Below are positions 32,397-43,411 of a stretch of 64,000 nucleotides of DNA, piece by piece. The stretch covers positions 74,073 through 138,072 of the forward strand of contig JBHIAE010000002.1 in the NCBI GenBank assembly GCA_046758445.1, read 5' to 3'. Position 1 is the stretch's first letter, and the number at the start of each line of letters is the position of its first letter. Origin of the DNA: Candidatus Thorarchaeota archaeon (GTDB lineage: Archaea > Asgardarchaeota > Thorarchaeia > Thorarchaeales > Thorarchaeaceae). The translations under genes were made by a program, and so were the position numbers. The notes below the pieces were generated by a model. The model did no database searches, was not told the DNA's origin, and worked only from the letters and a program-made list of their open reading frames with translations.

Positions 32397-33185
32397 ATGA
32401 TGGACGAGTATCTGAATAGAGGCATTAAGGAGATTATCACTCAATTTCCGAGGATAGGAGAAATCCTTGACGAGTTCAATATTGGCTGTGGTCCCTGCAG
32501 CGTGGGAACGTGCCTATTGAAAGATATAGTGGAAATACATCACTTGATTCCTCAGGAAGAGGAGCAACTGATGGCTAGGATTGCAGGCGTCATTTTTCCT
32601 GAGGAGGGATCTGAAGTCCCGGAATTGAGAACACCTATTCAGACTTCGAAGGAAATATCGTACTCTCTTCCGATGAAGAAACTGGTAGATGAGCACAAGC
32701 TGATACTCCGGTGGGTATCTTTGATCCCTAAGGTCATTGAGTCCCTAGAAACTGAGATAGACTCGGAACTGATACTCGAAGGTACGGAATTCATGCAGTT
32801 CTACGCCGATAAGTTTCACCATGCAAAAGAGGAAGATGTGCTCTTCAAGTACTTTGATGAAGGAATAGAGATTATCAAAGTGATGCATGAAGACCATACG
32901 ACGGTGCGGGCTCTGAGAAAGGCCATCCGTGAGGCCCTAGAGAAGAAGGACAAGGATGCCATTGCAAGGGGCCTTGATTCATATCGGGAACTTCTCATCG
33001 AACATATACGGAAGGAGGATGAGATTCTGTACCCTTGGTTGGATGGCCAGATGTCTAATGTTCAAACGAACGAACTGCTATCCAAGTTCACTGAGATTGA
33101 TGAAGAATCAAAGAACACATCCACGAAATATGAGCAGTTCATCTCGAGAACCGAGAGGAGATTCGGTCTAGCTGATGACGATTGA
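32397..33185 (+). CDS. Hemerythrin-domain protein with N-terminal DUF1858-like domain
   Basis: DEH, HHAKEE, H..., EHIRKEDEILYP. Confidence 0.88.
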   Translation: MMDEYLNRGIKEIITQFPRIGEILDEFNIGCGPCSVGTCLLKDIVEIHHLIPQEEEQLMARIAGVIFPEEGSEVPELRTPIQTSKEISYSLPMKKLVDEHKLILRWVSLIPKVIESLETEIDSELILEGTEFMQFYADKFHHAKEEDVLFKYFDEGIEIIKVMHEDHTTVRALRKAIREALEKKDKDAIARGLDSYRELLIEHIRKEDEILYPWLDGQMSNVQTNELLSKFTEIDEESKNTSTKYEQFISRTERRFGLADDD

Positions 33186-33289
33186 GTTGTATCATTGTCA
33201 CACTCGCATATCATCTGAAATCTTCTGACGGCTTGGATTAGCGAACATCAACTTGCTATCCCTTTGTAGCTAAGAACAGAACCTGTAGA

Positions 33290-33407
33290 TGGTGCCGAGG
33301 GGGAGATTCGAACTCCCGAACTCCTACGAGAGTGGATATCTCATTGGAGTTAAGCGATGCTTATTTGATCTTGAGTCCACCGCCGTTGGCCGCTTGGCTA
33401 CCTCGGC
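33290..33407 (-). tRNA. tRNA-Leu(CAA) with 32-nt intron (33338-33369), CCA encoded
   Basis: GCCGAGG acceptor, GTGGA-CTCAAG|intron|A-TCCAC, long variable arm, GTTCGAAT. Confidence 0.93.
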
Positions 33408-33502
33408 ACACATGGGGCTTGATTTCGTACTGTTGCCATATAGCCGTTTTGGACTCTCCAACAGCTCGCGACTAGTGACACAGGTTATATGGGTTCGAGT
33501 GA

Positions 33503-34309
33503 ATGTGTTTCATGTACGAGGTATTGGGAAGGGATGTTTTGTCAGACTCGATAGACATCAGTACACAAAAGCTATCGAAGAGCTTCGGGAGTATCCGAGC
33601 ACTTGTCGACCTTGACTTGGAAGTCCGACGGGGCAGCACGTTCGGGTTCCTAGGTCCAAATGGCGCTGGAAAGACCACCACCGTCAGAATCCTGTCGGGC
33701 CTGTTGAAGCAGACGAGTGGGAGCGCCACCGTCTGTGGTTACAGTATAGACAGTCAAAGAGATGAGATTAAGGCTGCAACCGGTCTTCTACCTGAAACTC
33801 CCGGTCTCTACTCGAAGCTTTCAGCAGTGGAGTTCTTGGAATTCATCGGGGCCCTCAACGACATGAGCGGCGAAGCAGTCCACAGACGTATTGATAGTCT
33901 TCTGGAAATCCTCGGTCTTGAGGGTAGACAGAACGACTTGCTTGAGAGCTACAGCAGCGGGATGAAACAGAAGGTCCTCGTTGCATCAACTATCCTTCAT
34001 GAGCCGGAGCTTGTCTTCCTGGATGAACCCACGTCGAGGCTAGACCCATCGGCAAGCGCCCTTGTGAAAGAGATAATCCTAGCGTTGGCCAAGGAAACTA
34101 AAACAACGTTCTTCATCTGCACTCACATGACTGATTTTGCAGAGGATGTCTGTGAAATCATAGGAATACTGAACGAGGGAGTCCTGACTACACTGGGCCC
34201 TCCGAATGAGATTGTAAATAGAGTCGGAGCCCATGACCTAGAAGAGGCGTACCTCAAGATTGTGGGCGGTGAGGTGGACCGAACCAGACTCCTCACTTGG
34301 AGGGACTAG
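33503..34309 (+). CDS. ABC transporter ATP-binding protein
   Basis: GPNGAGKTT, YSSGMKQK, FLDEP. Confidence 0.93.
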   Translation: MCFMYEVLGRDVLSDSIDISTQKLSKSFGSIRALVDLDLEVRRGSTFGFLGPNGAGKTTTVRILSGLLKQTSGSATVCGYSIDSQRDEIKAATGLLPETPGLYSKLSAVEFLEFIGALNDMSGEAVHRRIDSLLEILGLEGRQNDLLESYSSGMKQKVLVASTILHEPELVFLDEPTSRLDPSASALVKEIILALAKETKTTFFICTHMTDFAEDVCEIIGILNEGVLTTLGPPNEIVNRVGAHDLEEAYLKIVGGEVDRTRLLTWRD

Positions 34310-35964
34310 GCTTGGCCAGGAAGTGGCTAGCAGTCGCAAAGGCCGAGTTGTTTGTACAGACGTCCAGATTTCGCCGCTGGCGCAAGGGAGTAAGTCTATT
34401 CTTCTTGTGCTTCGGTGTTCTCTGGGCTCTCTTCATAGTACCCACACTCATGTCAACTATTCTTGCAGGGCTTGGCTTGACAGTTGAGATGCTGTTCATG
34501 GCAAGTTTCCCGAGCTTGATGCGCTCTGCGATGCTCCTGCTATGGATCATCTTGCTAGTCTATCCTATCTCTTATGCGCTGCAAGAGATACGAATCGGCC
34601 AGTGGGAGATTATGCTCAGCAACAATGTGAGTACGCGCGACATGATGTTTGGGATGTTCGCGGGGAAAGTGCCGAGCTACGGGCTCCTTGTTCTCTACAT
34701 CGCACCAATCATGCTCTCGCCCTTCACACTCATCTTCGATGTCAATCCACTTGGCCAAGCCATTATGTATCTCGTCATCTTCTTCGTGGCACTTGGCACC
34801 TTATTCCTGTCCAACCTTCTGACTACCGCAATTCAGGCGAAGCTAGGCGAATCATCCCGAGGAAACGACATAGCGAAAGGGCTCGCCATGGTCGTTGCTG
34901 TTGTGGTTCTAGCCCCAATGTATGGACTCATGTATTTCGCCGATTCGATGTCTGCAATTCTCGGCATGGACGTCTTTCTTCTCTTTCCGTTTACCTGGGG
35001 AGCCGACATCATCTCATGGACCGTCATTGTCTTTAGTGGTCTGGGTCTGGCAGCAGATACCTTCTTGGGATTTCTAAAGCTGGATGCAATCACGAATCTG
35101 ACGCTGATAACCGCGTTCACCGGGTGCATTGTGGTCCTGGCTTTCATTTCTGCGGACAGGATCTTCAAATTCGGTTCAGGACCGAGAACAGAGAAGATCA
35201 CTACTGTCGGCCAGGAGAACTTCATTCTGAAGAGCATAAGGAGTGCTTGGCCGGGACCGTTTGGGGTCATGGTTGTAACCACTATCAAGGAGTTCAGCAG
35301 GAAGATGCAGAATGTTTCCAGGCTGATCTACGGTGTGGTACTCTCTATACTTCTTCCTGTAATCTTGAACTACTCCATCTCGTCTATTCCCGAGGAGCCT
35401 CCGGCTGGAGTGCATGAGCTCATCGTGATGATTACCATTATCATGTTGGGGATGATGCTCGCCATGATTAGTGGAGTCACATTCGGGGGAATCGGATTCC
35501 TTGAGTCCAAGAGCCAACTCTGGATAATCAAGTCCGCACCGGGCGGGGCCTGGAAGTTTGCCAAGGCTCGAGTCGCGGAGTCACTGCTACTTGCCATTCC
35601 GTTGGCGATAGTACCCTCAGTAGCTGTGTCAATTGTCTTTAGGTTTGGGGTGATCGAGTTCGTCGCCATGATGGCTTATACATGGTGGTCAATCTCTGTG
35701 GCCATCTTGCTCAGTACTGGCATCACTGCAAACAACCCTGCCTACGAGGACCAGAAGAGTAGTGCGTTTTACATGAACACCTTCGCATCTGTCTTCTCGA
35801 TAATGATCATTATGATGCTCTCGCTCTTTGCAGGATTTGCTGCGACGATGACTTTCGCGAGTCTGCCGCTCTTCCTGGTCGTAGCCAGCACGCCCCTTGT
35901 CGTCATTGGGTTCGGTGTCTACACCATTGGCATAGGAAGAATGTCGAGAACTGATATCACCTGA
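34297..35964 (+). CDS. ABC transporter permease
   Basis: Multi-TM protein overlapping the ABC ATPase gene. Confidence 0.8.
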   Translation: MEGLGLARKWLAVAKAELFVQTSRFRRWRKGVSLFFLCFGVLWALFIVPTLMSTILAGLGLTVEMLFMASFPSLMRSAMLLLWIILLVYPISYALQEIRIGQWEIMLSNNVSTRDMMFGMFAGKVPSYGLLVLYIAPIMLSPFTLIFDVNPLGQAIMYLVIFFVALGTLFLSNLLTTAIQAKLGESSRGNDIAKGLAMVVAVVVLAPMYGLMYFADSMSAILGMDVFLLFPFTWGADIISWTVIVFSGLGLAADTFLGFLKLDAITNLTLITAFTGCIVVLAFISADRIFKFGSGPRTEKITTVGQENFILKSIRSAWPGPFGVMVVTTIKEFSRKMQNVSRLIYGVVLSILLPVILNYSISSIPEEPPAGVHELIVMITIIMLGMMLAMISGVTFGGIGFLESKSQLWIIKSAPGGAWKFAKARVAESLLLAIPLAIVPSVAVSIVFRFGVIEFVAMMAYTWWSISVAILLSTGITANNPAYEDQKSSAFYMNTFASVFSIMIIMMLSLFAGFAATMTFASLPLFLVVASTPLVVIGFGVYTIGIGRMSRTDIT

Positions 35965-36029
35965 CTTGCACACCATAGACCCAGTCATCAGAAATACGAC
36001 ATACGAGAACTCCCGCCAAGACTCAGATA

Positions 36030-36362
36030 TCACTCTGCAAGATACGGTCTGATCTGGTCATAGAAGTCTGCGAGTATCTTGCTCTTGGTTTCCTCAGTTT
36101 CAAGAATGAAGAGGCGAATCTGTTGGCCAACCTTGATCTCCTTGACAAGGCCCATGTCAACAAGAGGCTGCATGACGCGATGAATGGTTGAGTGTGCCAA
36201 CCCAGTTTCCTTTGCAATCCTGCTTAGATTGAAGAACTCCTTGGGACGGTCCAGGAAGTGCTGAACTACCCTAGTCTGGGCACGGGATGCAAACACCTTC
36301 TCAAGTAGTCTCTTCAACTTATCAGTCTCCATTCTGGAATCATTTGTCCGGTTCATGTACAA
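36030..36362 (-). CDS. Winged-helix DNA-binding protein
   Basis: NLSRIAKETGLAHSTIHR HTH. Confidence 0.8.
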   Translation of the reverse strand: MYMNRTNDSRMETDKLKRLLEKVFASRAQTRVVQHFLDRPKEFFNLSRIAKETGLAHSTIHRVMQPLVDMGLVKEIKVGQQIRLFILETEETKSKILADFYDQIRPYLAE

Positions 36363-37035
36363 TCTCGCTTCCTATCTTCTCCCCTTTCACAATGCGAAGA
36401 AGATTCTCTGGCTCATTCCCATTGAATATCACAGTTGGAATTCTTGACCGTCCCACTACTCTAATTGCCACAGGATCGAATAGCTTGTACTCCCCGGCAC
36501 GGGTTCCGGTTCCTGAGAGTATCTTGCTGAGCTCGTCTACATTGACTTGGTCTAGCTTCTTGGCTCCAGACTCCTTCGGGTCCCTGTCGTATATGCCGTC
36601 AACGTTTGTAGCATTGAATAGCATGTCCGCCTGAACCGTTTCGGCTGCAAGTGCGGCCACGGCGTTGGTAGACTGACCAGGTGTCAGTCCTCCCATGAGC
36701 ACAACTTTACCAATGCAGATTGAGGTTTCAAGCTCATCAAGGGTTTCTACAATCTTGGGATATGCAATATTGCCGAGAGCGGCACCCAAGAGATCTGCAT
36801 TGTTTCTGGCAACTCTGATACCAAGCCAGTCGCACTGTGCTTCGCTGGCTCCAAGTTCTCGTGCTGCCGCGATGAAGGTTCTCGCGGGCTTGCCCCCACC
36901 GACCACAATCACCATGCTATTACCGTCCCTGACGAAGGAGTCCACTGCCTTGGCATAGGCTCTCATCCTGTCTGTGAGAATCTGGCCCTTGTCGTCGTAC
37001 AGGAGTGAACCTCCTAGTTTCAGAACGGCTCGCAT
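36340..37035 (-). CDS. pyrH: UMP kinase
   Basis: VLKLGGS, VVGGG, PGQSTNAVAA, TNVDGIYDRDP. Confidence 0.93.
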   Translation of the reverse strand: MRAVLKLGGSLLYDDKGQILTDRMRAYAKAVDSFVRDGNSMVIVVGGGKPARTFIAAARELGASEAQCDWLGIRVARNNADLLGAALGNIAYPKIVETLDELETSICIGKVVLMGGLTPGQSTNAVAALAAETVQADMLFNATNVDGIYDRDPKESGAKKLDQVNVDELSKILSGTGTRAGEYKLFDPVAIRVVGRSRIPTVIFNGNEPENLLRIVKGEKIGSEIVHEPDK

Positions 37036-37335
37036 TTGCTGTCCCCTGTGGCAATCTCCGAACAATTACCTTTCCTGATGTGGATTAAAGAAGCTTTCTT
37101 GAATGGACAGGTTTGCCGATATTTCGAAAGTCGATTGAGTTTACTAGATAGTGTGTTTCTTACATTCTATTGTGATTGAACACCAACAGGAAGAAACTTC
37201 TGTGGCGTGCCACCTTCCTGCCATTGTCACCAGCCCTCTTGCGGGAAACCATTCTATGGAAGTTTCTCAATGGGCTCAGTCTTCTTCGTGGGGCTCTTTG
37301 GAAACCTGCGAAATCTTCTTTCTTCAAGATTCGTG

Positions 37336-38337
37336 TCAGCGTGCTAGGAAATCCATTTCCTCCCAGTCTGAAGCTGTGTTCAATCGATTCAAATCGTCGT
37401 CAGAGATACTAATCTCGAGTGCGCCAAGATTCTCGTTGAGTTGTTCAACAGAGTTGACTCCAATGATTGGCGCTGTTATGGTGTTTCGGCTCAGAACCCA
37501 TGCCAGAGCAATCTGTACAATACTGGCATCGCTATTTGAGGCAATCTCCTTGAGAGTATCAACGATGCCAAAGTTTCTTTCCTTTGCATATCGAGTCTGT
37601 ATTGTTTCGGCTCGCTCAGACTCGGGAGCATTCTCTCTAGTGTATCTTCCCGTGAGAAATCCTCCACCAAGTGGACTATAGCTTATGACCCCAAGGTTGT
37701 ATCTCCTAATCACGGGTTCTAGGTGTTTCTCAAAGTCCCTTCTCCTAGCAAGACTATAGGGTGGCTGGAGAGACTCGTACCTGACAAGTCCATACCTATC
37801 GCTAATCCAAAAGGACTCCATGAGTTCCGCTGCAGTGAAATTTGAAGCCCCGACATAGTGAACCACTCCGTCGTCCACAAGCTTAGTGAATGCGTTCAAT
37901 GTTTCCTCTTGCGGAACTTCGTCGTCAAACCAATGACTCTGGTAGAGATCAATCCACTCCGTCTGCAGTCGGTTGAGGCTTCTGTCAGCTGAGTCAAGAA
38001 TATGTCTTCGTGAGAGGCCTACATCATTCGTTTTGCCACTCATCTCTCCTCTGACTTTGGTTGCCAGGACAAGGTCGTCCCTGACTCCACGATCCTGTAT
38101 CCATCGTCCAACGATTTCCTCTGACTTTCCTGGATGCGATTTGTCTGCCCACTTAGAATAGATATCTGCAGTGTCAATAGTCATTATGCCTGCCTCGAGT
38201 GCTGCATCAAGTATCTTGTGACTGCCCTCTTCATCGACTATCCATCCCATCTGCATCGTTCCTAACACCATACGCGATATACGTAGACCTGTCCGTCCGA
38301 GTTTCATGTACCTCATGAATGAACTATTGTTAATCAC
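37336..38337 (-). CDS. Aldo/keto reductase
   Basis: LGTM, DTADIY, ATK, IDLYQSH, YSPLGGG. Confidence 0.92.
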   Translation of the reverse strand: MINNSSFMRYMKLGRTGLRISRMVLGTMQMGWIVDEEGSHKILDAALEAGIMTIDTADIYSKWADKSHPGKSEEIVGRWIQDRGVRDDLVLATKVRGEMSGKTNDVGLSRRHILDSADRSLNRLQTEWIDLYQSHWFDDEVPQEETLNAFTKLVDDGVVHYVGASNFTAAELMESFWISDRYGLVRYESLQPPYSLARRRDFEKHLEPVIRRYNLGVISYSPLGGGFLTGRYTRENAPESERAETIQTRYAKERNFGIVDTLKEIASNSDASIVQIALAWVLSRNTITAPIIGVNSVEQLNENLGALEISISDDDLNRLNTASDWEEMDFLAR

Positions 38338-38623
38338 TTCGAGTTAAGTCTTTCTCCCGTTCCAGTTTCTGCTCCGAAACAGTGTTAGATGAATCCAGGC
38401 CGAATACAATTGCCAGGAGTAGACCAGACAATGCAAGAAGTCTTGGCACTCTCTTGAGTTGATTCACACACGTTTGAGCTGCAACGCAGCTCACGCAATG
38501 TCCTGATCGTAGCTGCTAGGTGTGTCTTCGAGAACAACAGACTAGATATTGGACCTGTGGCAACTCCATAGTGGTCTTTCAATAGACATAGAGCTGAAAG
38601 GCAACCGTGGAGGGTAGAAGGAC

Positions 38624-39196
38624 ATGGTGGAGAGTGAGATCGTGAGGAACCGTGTGGTTCTACTCCCTCCTCTCCTTCTACTCTTGCAAAATGGAGTAGT
38701 GCATGTTTCAGCCGTCACTCTGTCTGGAAATGCATCAGGGAGCATGCGCATTATGGAGTCAACCATTGACATACAAGATCTTCCAGTCCTGCTATCTCCT
38801 ATACTAGCAATCAACCTCGTGCTACTTGTTATCATTATCATTGGCTATCTCGGGTTGACTTGGGGGTCAAATGAGTCTAGGAAGAATACAATCAAACTTA
38901 GGACCTCGGTGCTCGTACTGTATTCGATAGTCCTCGTCTGCAACGCATTGATATACGCGCTAGGCATGCTTGTCGGGAGCTATCCTTGGGAATACGTTTG
39001 TCCAGATATCCTGAAGAATCCAGTCCACTTCATGGCCTTTCTCAGTCCTCCAGTGGTACTGATGTATCTTGATACGAGATCAAAGAAGTGGTCAGAAATC
39101 ATTGCTTCGCTCTCTGGCCCTGCGACGATTCTGTTAACGTGGCTGATTGTGATCATCATAGTTTCAGGAACTTGCACCATCTTCCTCTTCAGCTAG
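38624..39196 (+). CDS. Membrane hypothetical protein
   Basis: Several TM segments. Confidence 0.6.
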   Translation: MVESEIVRNRVVLLPPLLLLLQNGVVHVSAVTLSGNASGSMRIMESTIDIQDLPVLLSPILAINLVLLVIIIIGYLGLTWGSNESRKNTIKLRTSVLVLYSIVLVCNALIYALGMLVGSYPWEYVCPDILKNPVHFMAFLSPPVVLMYLDTRSKKWSEIIASLSGPATILLTWLIVIIIVSGTCTIFLFS

Positions 39197-39311
39197 TCTG
39201 TGGCACGGCGGCGTTTCACACAGTAATGGACACAAGAGCAATAGACAGCCCGCCAACTCTTTTATGGTTTGGTCTGGAGAGTTATCTGTAGAATCACGGT
39301 GGTGTAACCAG

Positions 39312-40175
39312 ATGACGCGAAAGAGAGCATGGTTTGTGTCAATCGCAATTGGTCTTCTAGCGTTTGCCTTTGTCACCCTACCTGCGAATGCATCAATTGT
39401 CGGAAACACATACTACTTTGCAGCCACCTGGATAGACCAGACATTTCAGGAGAACGGAGGCCCCATCTATCAATCAGAGGCCGGTGGAGTGTTTGAGGTC
39501 ACAGTATTCAACGTGACAGAGCAGGGTGGAGATGACGTCTATGTGTACAACTACAATGGCTTTGACTGGCTTACAGTATCCGTACCTGTAGACCATAATG
39601 ACACTGTTGATTTCCAAAACAACAAGGTCTACTTTGACCTCGCGACAACCGATGGTGACGCAGACAACCGCTCTGAGGCGACAGACGTCGAGATATATCC
39701 AACGAGATCCTTCACACATCACGGGCGTCACCTATTCGTTAATCCTGTATGGAGCACGCATGAAACAGACTGGGGCTCGGCCGCTTCCGATGTGACTGCT
39801 GATCCAACAGTATCCTCCTTTACCCATAACTCGGGCGATGGAAGTTTCTCATTCCGCATTGAGGTCGATATTGAAGACACTGCAGAAGTAGATGGCGACA
39901 CCCAAGACGTAAACGGTACAGCAGTATTCACCTTCTCCGCCTCATATGACTCTGATGGAGTCCTTTCCACATGGTCACTCTCTATGCACACGAGTCTACA
40001 CAACGAGAATTACACATCCGACCACACAATCAGCACTAGTCTCGCTAGGACCAGTGGGCTCGGAGGCGCTGTTATATTTGACCCTGCACTGGGTACAACT
40101 CTTGCAGTTGCTGGAGGAGCCGCGGTAGTGGCTCTGGCCGCTGGTCTTGCAGTCGGCAAGAAACGATGGGGATGA
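39312..40175 (+). CDS. Secreted acidic surface protein with C-terminal anchor
   Basis: Signal peptide, Asp/Thr-rich body, C-terminal TM plus KKRW. Confidence 0.7.
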   Translation: MTRKRAWFVSIAIGLLAFAFVTLPANASIVGNTYYFAATWIDQTFQENGGPIYQSEAGGVFEVTVFNVTEQGGDDVYVYNYNGFDWLTVSVPVDHNDTVDFQNNKVYFDLATTDGDADNRSEATDVEIYPTRSFTHHGRHLFVNPVWSTHETDWGSAASDVTADPTVSSFTHNSGDGSFSFRIEVDIEDTAEVDGDTQDVNGTAVFTFSASYDSDGVLSTWSLSMHTSLHNENYTSDHTISTSLARTSGLGGAVIFDPALGTTLAVAGGAAVVALAAGLAVGKKRWG

Positions 40176-40375
40176 AGTTTCGCCGCCGAAGTCCAAGAAA
40201 GGGAGCACGCGCGTCCCTTTCTCATTCCGAGATTGAAATCAGAGGCCCGCAGGGAGCGAGTCATCTAAAGCCAATAGAGAAGTCTTTCGAGTTCAGAGCG
40301 CTGGACAATTCTGCTTGTCCATAAGTCTTTTAGGACAATCAGATTTGGGTGCCGTGAGCGGATATAGTCCGCCCC

Positions 40376-42874
40376 TTGTTGACATCAAGGAGACTGAATG
40401 TTTTGTCGAAGTTTGAGCCCGCAATCAAGTCAAAACGATGGAAACCAGAGTCAGAAGAAGAGATACTTGCCCTCTGGTTCGATGAGGATGCGTATGCCTT
40501 CAATCCTGATACGAAGAAGACACTCTACACTGTGGACACGCCTCCTCCATACCTGTCAGGTCCCATACATATGGGGAATGTAATCCACTATACCCAGATT
40601 GATATCAACGCCCGATTTCGAAGAATGCAAGGCCTTGAGGTAAACTTCCCGTTGGGCATTGATCGTAATGGCCTACCAGTCGAAGTCAGAGTCGAGAGAA
40701 ACCTCGGTCTCAAGATGCATGACACACCCCGTGCCATCTTCCTTCAGAAATGCAAAGAAACTCTGGATAAGGATGAGGAGATACTTGTCAGTGGGTTCAG
40801 GCGTTTAGGAATTGGATTCAACACATACGAGGAAGAAGGGAGTTACCGAACCGACAGCCCTGAGTACAGGGCTGTTACACAGGCGACTTTCATCGACATA
40901 TGGAACAAAGGTCTTGTATACCGTGACTACCGACCGAACAATTGGTGCTTCGACTGCGGGACCACCATAGCGGATGCTGAGGTAGAGTACTCCGAGCGTC
41001 CAACCACCCTGAGCTATCTCTACTTCAATGTAGAAGGAATGGAACCAATCAAGATTGCCACATCACGTCCTGAACTTCTTTGTGCCTGTGGAGCAGTGTT
41101 CATCCATCCCGATGATGAACGATATCGTGGATATGCGGGCAAGAAGGCTAAGGTCCCACTCTTCGACTTGGAGGTGCCGATTATTGAGAGTCCAACCGCC
41201 CAGATGGACTTCGGTACTGGAGCCCTCATGGTGTGCAGCTATGGTGATCAAGCCGACGTGATGGCATTTCGTGACTTTGCTCTGAAACCCATCGCAGCAG
41301 TATCCCCTGATGGGACCATGACTGATGCTGCCGGGAAGTATGCTGGCATGAAGATCGAAGATGCGAGAAAGATGATTGTTGAGGACTTGAAGGAGGGAGA
41401 ACTACTCTATCATCAGGAATCATCTGTGCAAAGAGTTCCATTGTGTTGGCGCAGCAAGACCCCAATCGAGTTCATTGCCATGGAAGAGTACTATGTAAAG
41501 CAAGTTGAGTTCGTGAAACCTCTCCTTGAAATCGCTAGAAATGGGACCTTCTATCCTTCCCATCATCGTCAGATCCTCATCGATTGGCTGAACAGAGTAA
41601 CAGTGGACTGGCCTGTAAGCAGGCGTAGGTACTATGGCACCGAGCTCCCGATTTGGTACTGCAACTCATGCAAAGAACCAGTGTTGCCTGAAGCCGGAGA
41701 ACTTCGATACTACCAACCATGGAAGGACGATCCCCCGTTCTCCAAATGCCCCAATTGCAGCTCTGATGAGGGATTCACAGGTGAGGAACGCACGTTTGAC
41801 ACTTGGATGGACTCTTCAATAAGTGGGTTATACGTGGTCGGCTACTTACGCGATGACAAACTCTTCGAGAGGGCATTCAAGAATATCATGCGACCCCAGG
41901 GCAAGGACATAGTGAGAACGTGGCTCTACTACTCTCTCCTAAGAACTTACCAACTCCTTGAGAAACCCGCGTTCAGTGAGATGTGGATCTCGGGCCACGT
42001 GGTGGATGAAAAGGGTGAAACAATGAGCAAGTCAAAAGGCAACTCACCACCCCCAATGCCCTTTGTGGAGAAGTACGGCGCTGATGCAATGAGGCTCTTC
42101 GGCGTAATGGAGGCAGGTCTTGGGAGTGACATTCGGTTTGCCGAGGGTCGGCTTGCTGGAGTATCCAAGTTCATCACTAAACTATGGAACATCGCGCGAT
42201 TCGTGTCCATGTTTCCAATCCCTGAGAGCATCGACTTCAAGAAACTCACACAGGTTGATCAGTGGATTCTTGCAGAAGTCAACAAGGTCATTGAGCGCAT
42301 TCTTCCAGACAGTGACGTTCTTGACTTTCATAGGCCATCGATAGAGATTCGAGGCTTCACTTGGAATCTCTTTGCAGACCACATGGTCGAGATGCTGAAG
42401 GGACGATGCTTCAACACTGAAGGGACCTTCACCAAGGCCGAGCAAGAGTCTGCATGGTTTGCTCTTCATGAAACTCTCAGGGTGATTCTCAAGGCCCTGG
42501 CACCTATCACTCCGTTTCTCACGGACAAAGTGTACAGGGAGCTCTATGACAAAAGAGGTATTCATGGAGAACTCTATCCATCTCCACAAAAGGACTGGAA
42601 GTCGAAGCTTGTTGATCAAACAGACCTACTTCTCAGGACAAATGGAGGCTTCTGGAAGTTCAAGCGTGAGAACGGGCTTTCGCTTCGCCAGGGCCTTCCA
42701 GAGGCATGGATATCGAAGGACCTGGAATCGTGGGCAAGGGACCTTCAGGCCATGCATGGAATTGAGAAACTGAACTTTGGAGAACCTAGTGATGAGGGAC
42801 TTGTGGTAGTGACCCTCACAGAGTCGGAAGACATCATCTACATTCGAGCACCTGTTTCCTCTGAAGGCGTCTAG
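40376..42874 (+). CDS. valS: Valine--tRNA ligase (archaeal type)
   Basis: DTPPPY..HMGN, GTGALMVCSYGD, DTWMDSS, RPQGKDIVRTW, MSKSKGN. Confidence 0.92.
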   Translation: MLTSRRLNVLSKFEPAIKSKRWKPESEEEILALWFDEDAYAFNPDTKKTLYTVDTPPPYLSGPIHMGNVIHYTQIDINARFRRMQGLEVNFPLGIDRNGLPVEVRVERNLGLKMHDTPRAIFLQKCKETLDKDEEILVSGFRRLGIGFNTYEEEGSYRTDSPEYRAVTQATFIDIWNKGLVYRDYRPNNWCFDCGTTIADAEVEYSERPTTLSYLYFNVEGMEPIKIATSRPELLCACGAVFIHPDDERYRGYAGKKAKVPLFDLEVPIIESPTAQMDFGTGALMVCSYGDQADVMAFRDFALKPIAAVSPDGTMTDAAGKYAGMKIEDARKMIVEDLKEGELLYHQESSVQRVPLCWRSKTPIEFIAMEEYYVKQVEFVKPLLEIARNGTFYPSHHRQILIDWLNRVTVDWPVSRRRYYGTELPIWYCNSCKEPVLPEAGELRYYQPWKDDPPFSKCPNCSSDEGFTGEERTFDTWMDSSISGLYVVGYLRDDKLFERAFKNIMRPQGKDIVRTWLYYSLLRTYQLLEKPAFSEMWISGHVVDEKGETMSKSKGNSPPPMPFVEKYGADAMRLFGVMEAGLGSDIRFAEGRLAGVSKFITKLWNIARFVSMFPIPESIDFKKLTQVDQWILAEVNKVIERILPDSDVLDFHRPSIEIRGFTWNLFADHMVEMLKGRCFNTEGTFTKAEQESAWFALHETLRVILKALAPITPFLTDKVYRELYDKRGIHGELYPSPQKDWKSKLVDQTDLLLRTNGGFWKFKRENGLSLRQGLPEAWISKDLESWARDLQAMHGIEKLNFGEPSDEGLVVVTLTESEDIIYIRAPVSSEGV

Positions 42875-42921
42875 ACCCTAGGTCCTAGAAACCTGATTAA
42901 CCCCGCCTGTCCCCGTCCCGT

Positions 42922-43368
42922 CTATTTGACTAACACGTCATTCTCATGTTCCGTTGGGCACCTCATACTGTTTGACACTAGGCAGTATTTCTCTGCAAGC
43001 TCGAGGGCTCTCTCTGTCTTGTGCCGGAGTTCTTCCGACTCAATTATGACTGTAGTCTTCAAGTAAATCTTGGTGAATTGAAAGCCCTTTCCGACTCTCT
43101 CCAGAGTTCCCTTGCCCTCACAGCTGAATGACTTGAAGCTGAATCTCATCTTGTCTGTGAACGCGACGAATGTTGTCATGAAGCAGGCCGTTGCAGAACC
43201 TACAAAGAGATCCTCAGGTGAGATGATTCCCTCCGGCCCGCCAAACTCAGGTGGTGATGCAACCACCATCTCAGGTTTTCCTTGGACAATGAAGTTGCCT
43301 ACTCTCCCTTCATTCCAGTCCACTCTTACTTCGTATTCATGCAAGTCCTGACTCAATCTGCTCGCCAT
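42922..43368 (-). CDS. OsmC family protein
   Basis: PPEFGG, SPEDLF...ACF, KYCLVSNS. Confidence 0.88.
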   Translation of the reverse strand: MASRLSQDLHEYEVRVDWNEGRVGNFIVQGKPEMVVASPPEFGGPEGIISPEDLFVGSATACFMTTFVAFTDKMRFSFKSFSCEGKGTLERVGKGFQFTKIYLKTTVIIESEELRHKTERALELAEKYCLVSNSMRCPTEHENDVLVK

Positions 43369-43411
43369 GACCCCTCATCGAGGTCCATTGGAAAAGGGTT
43401 TGGGTCTATAC

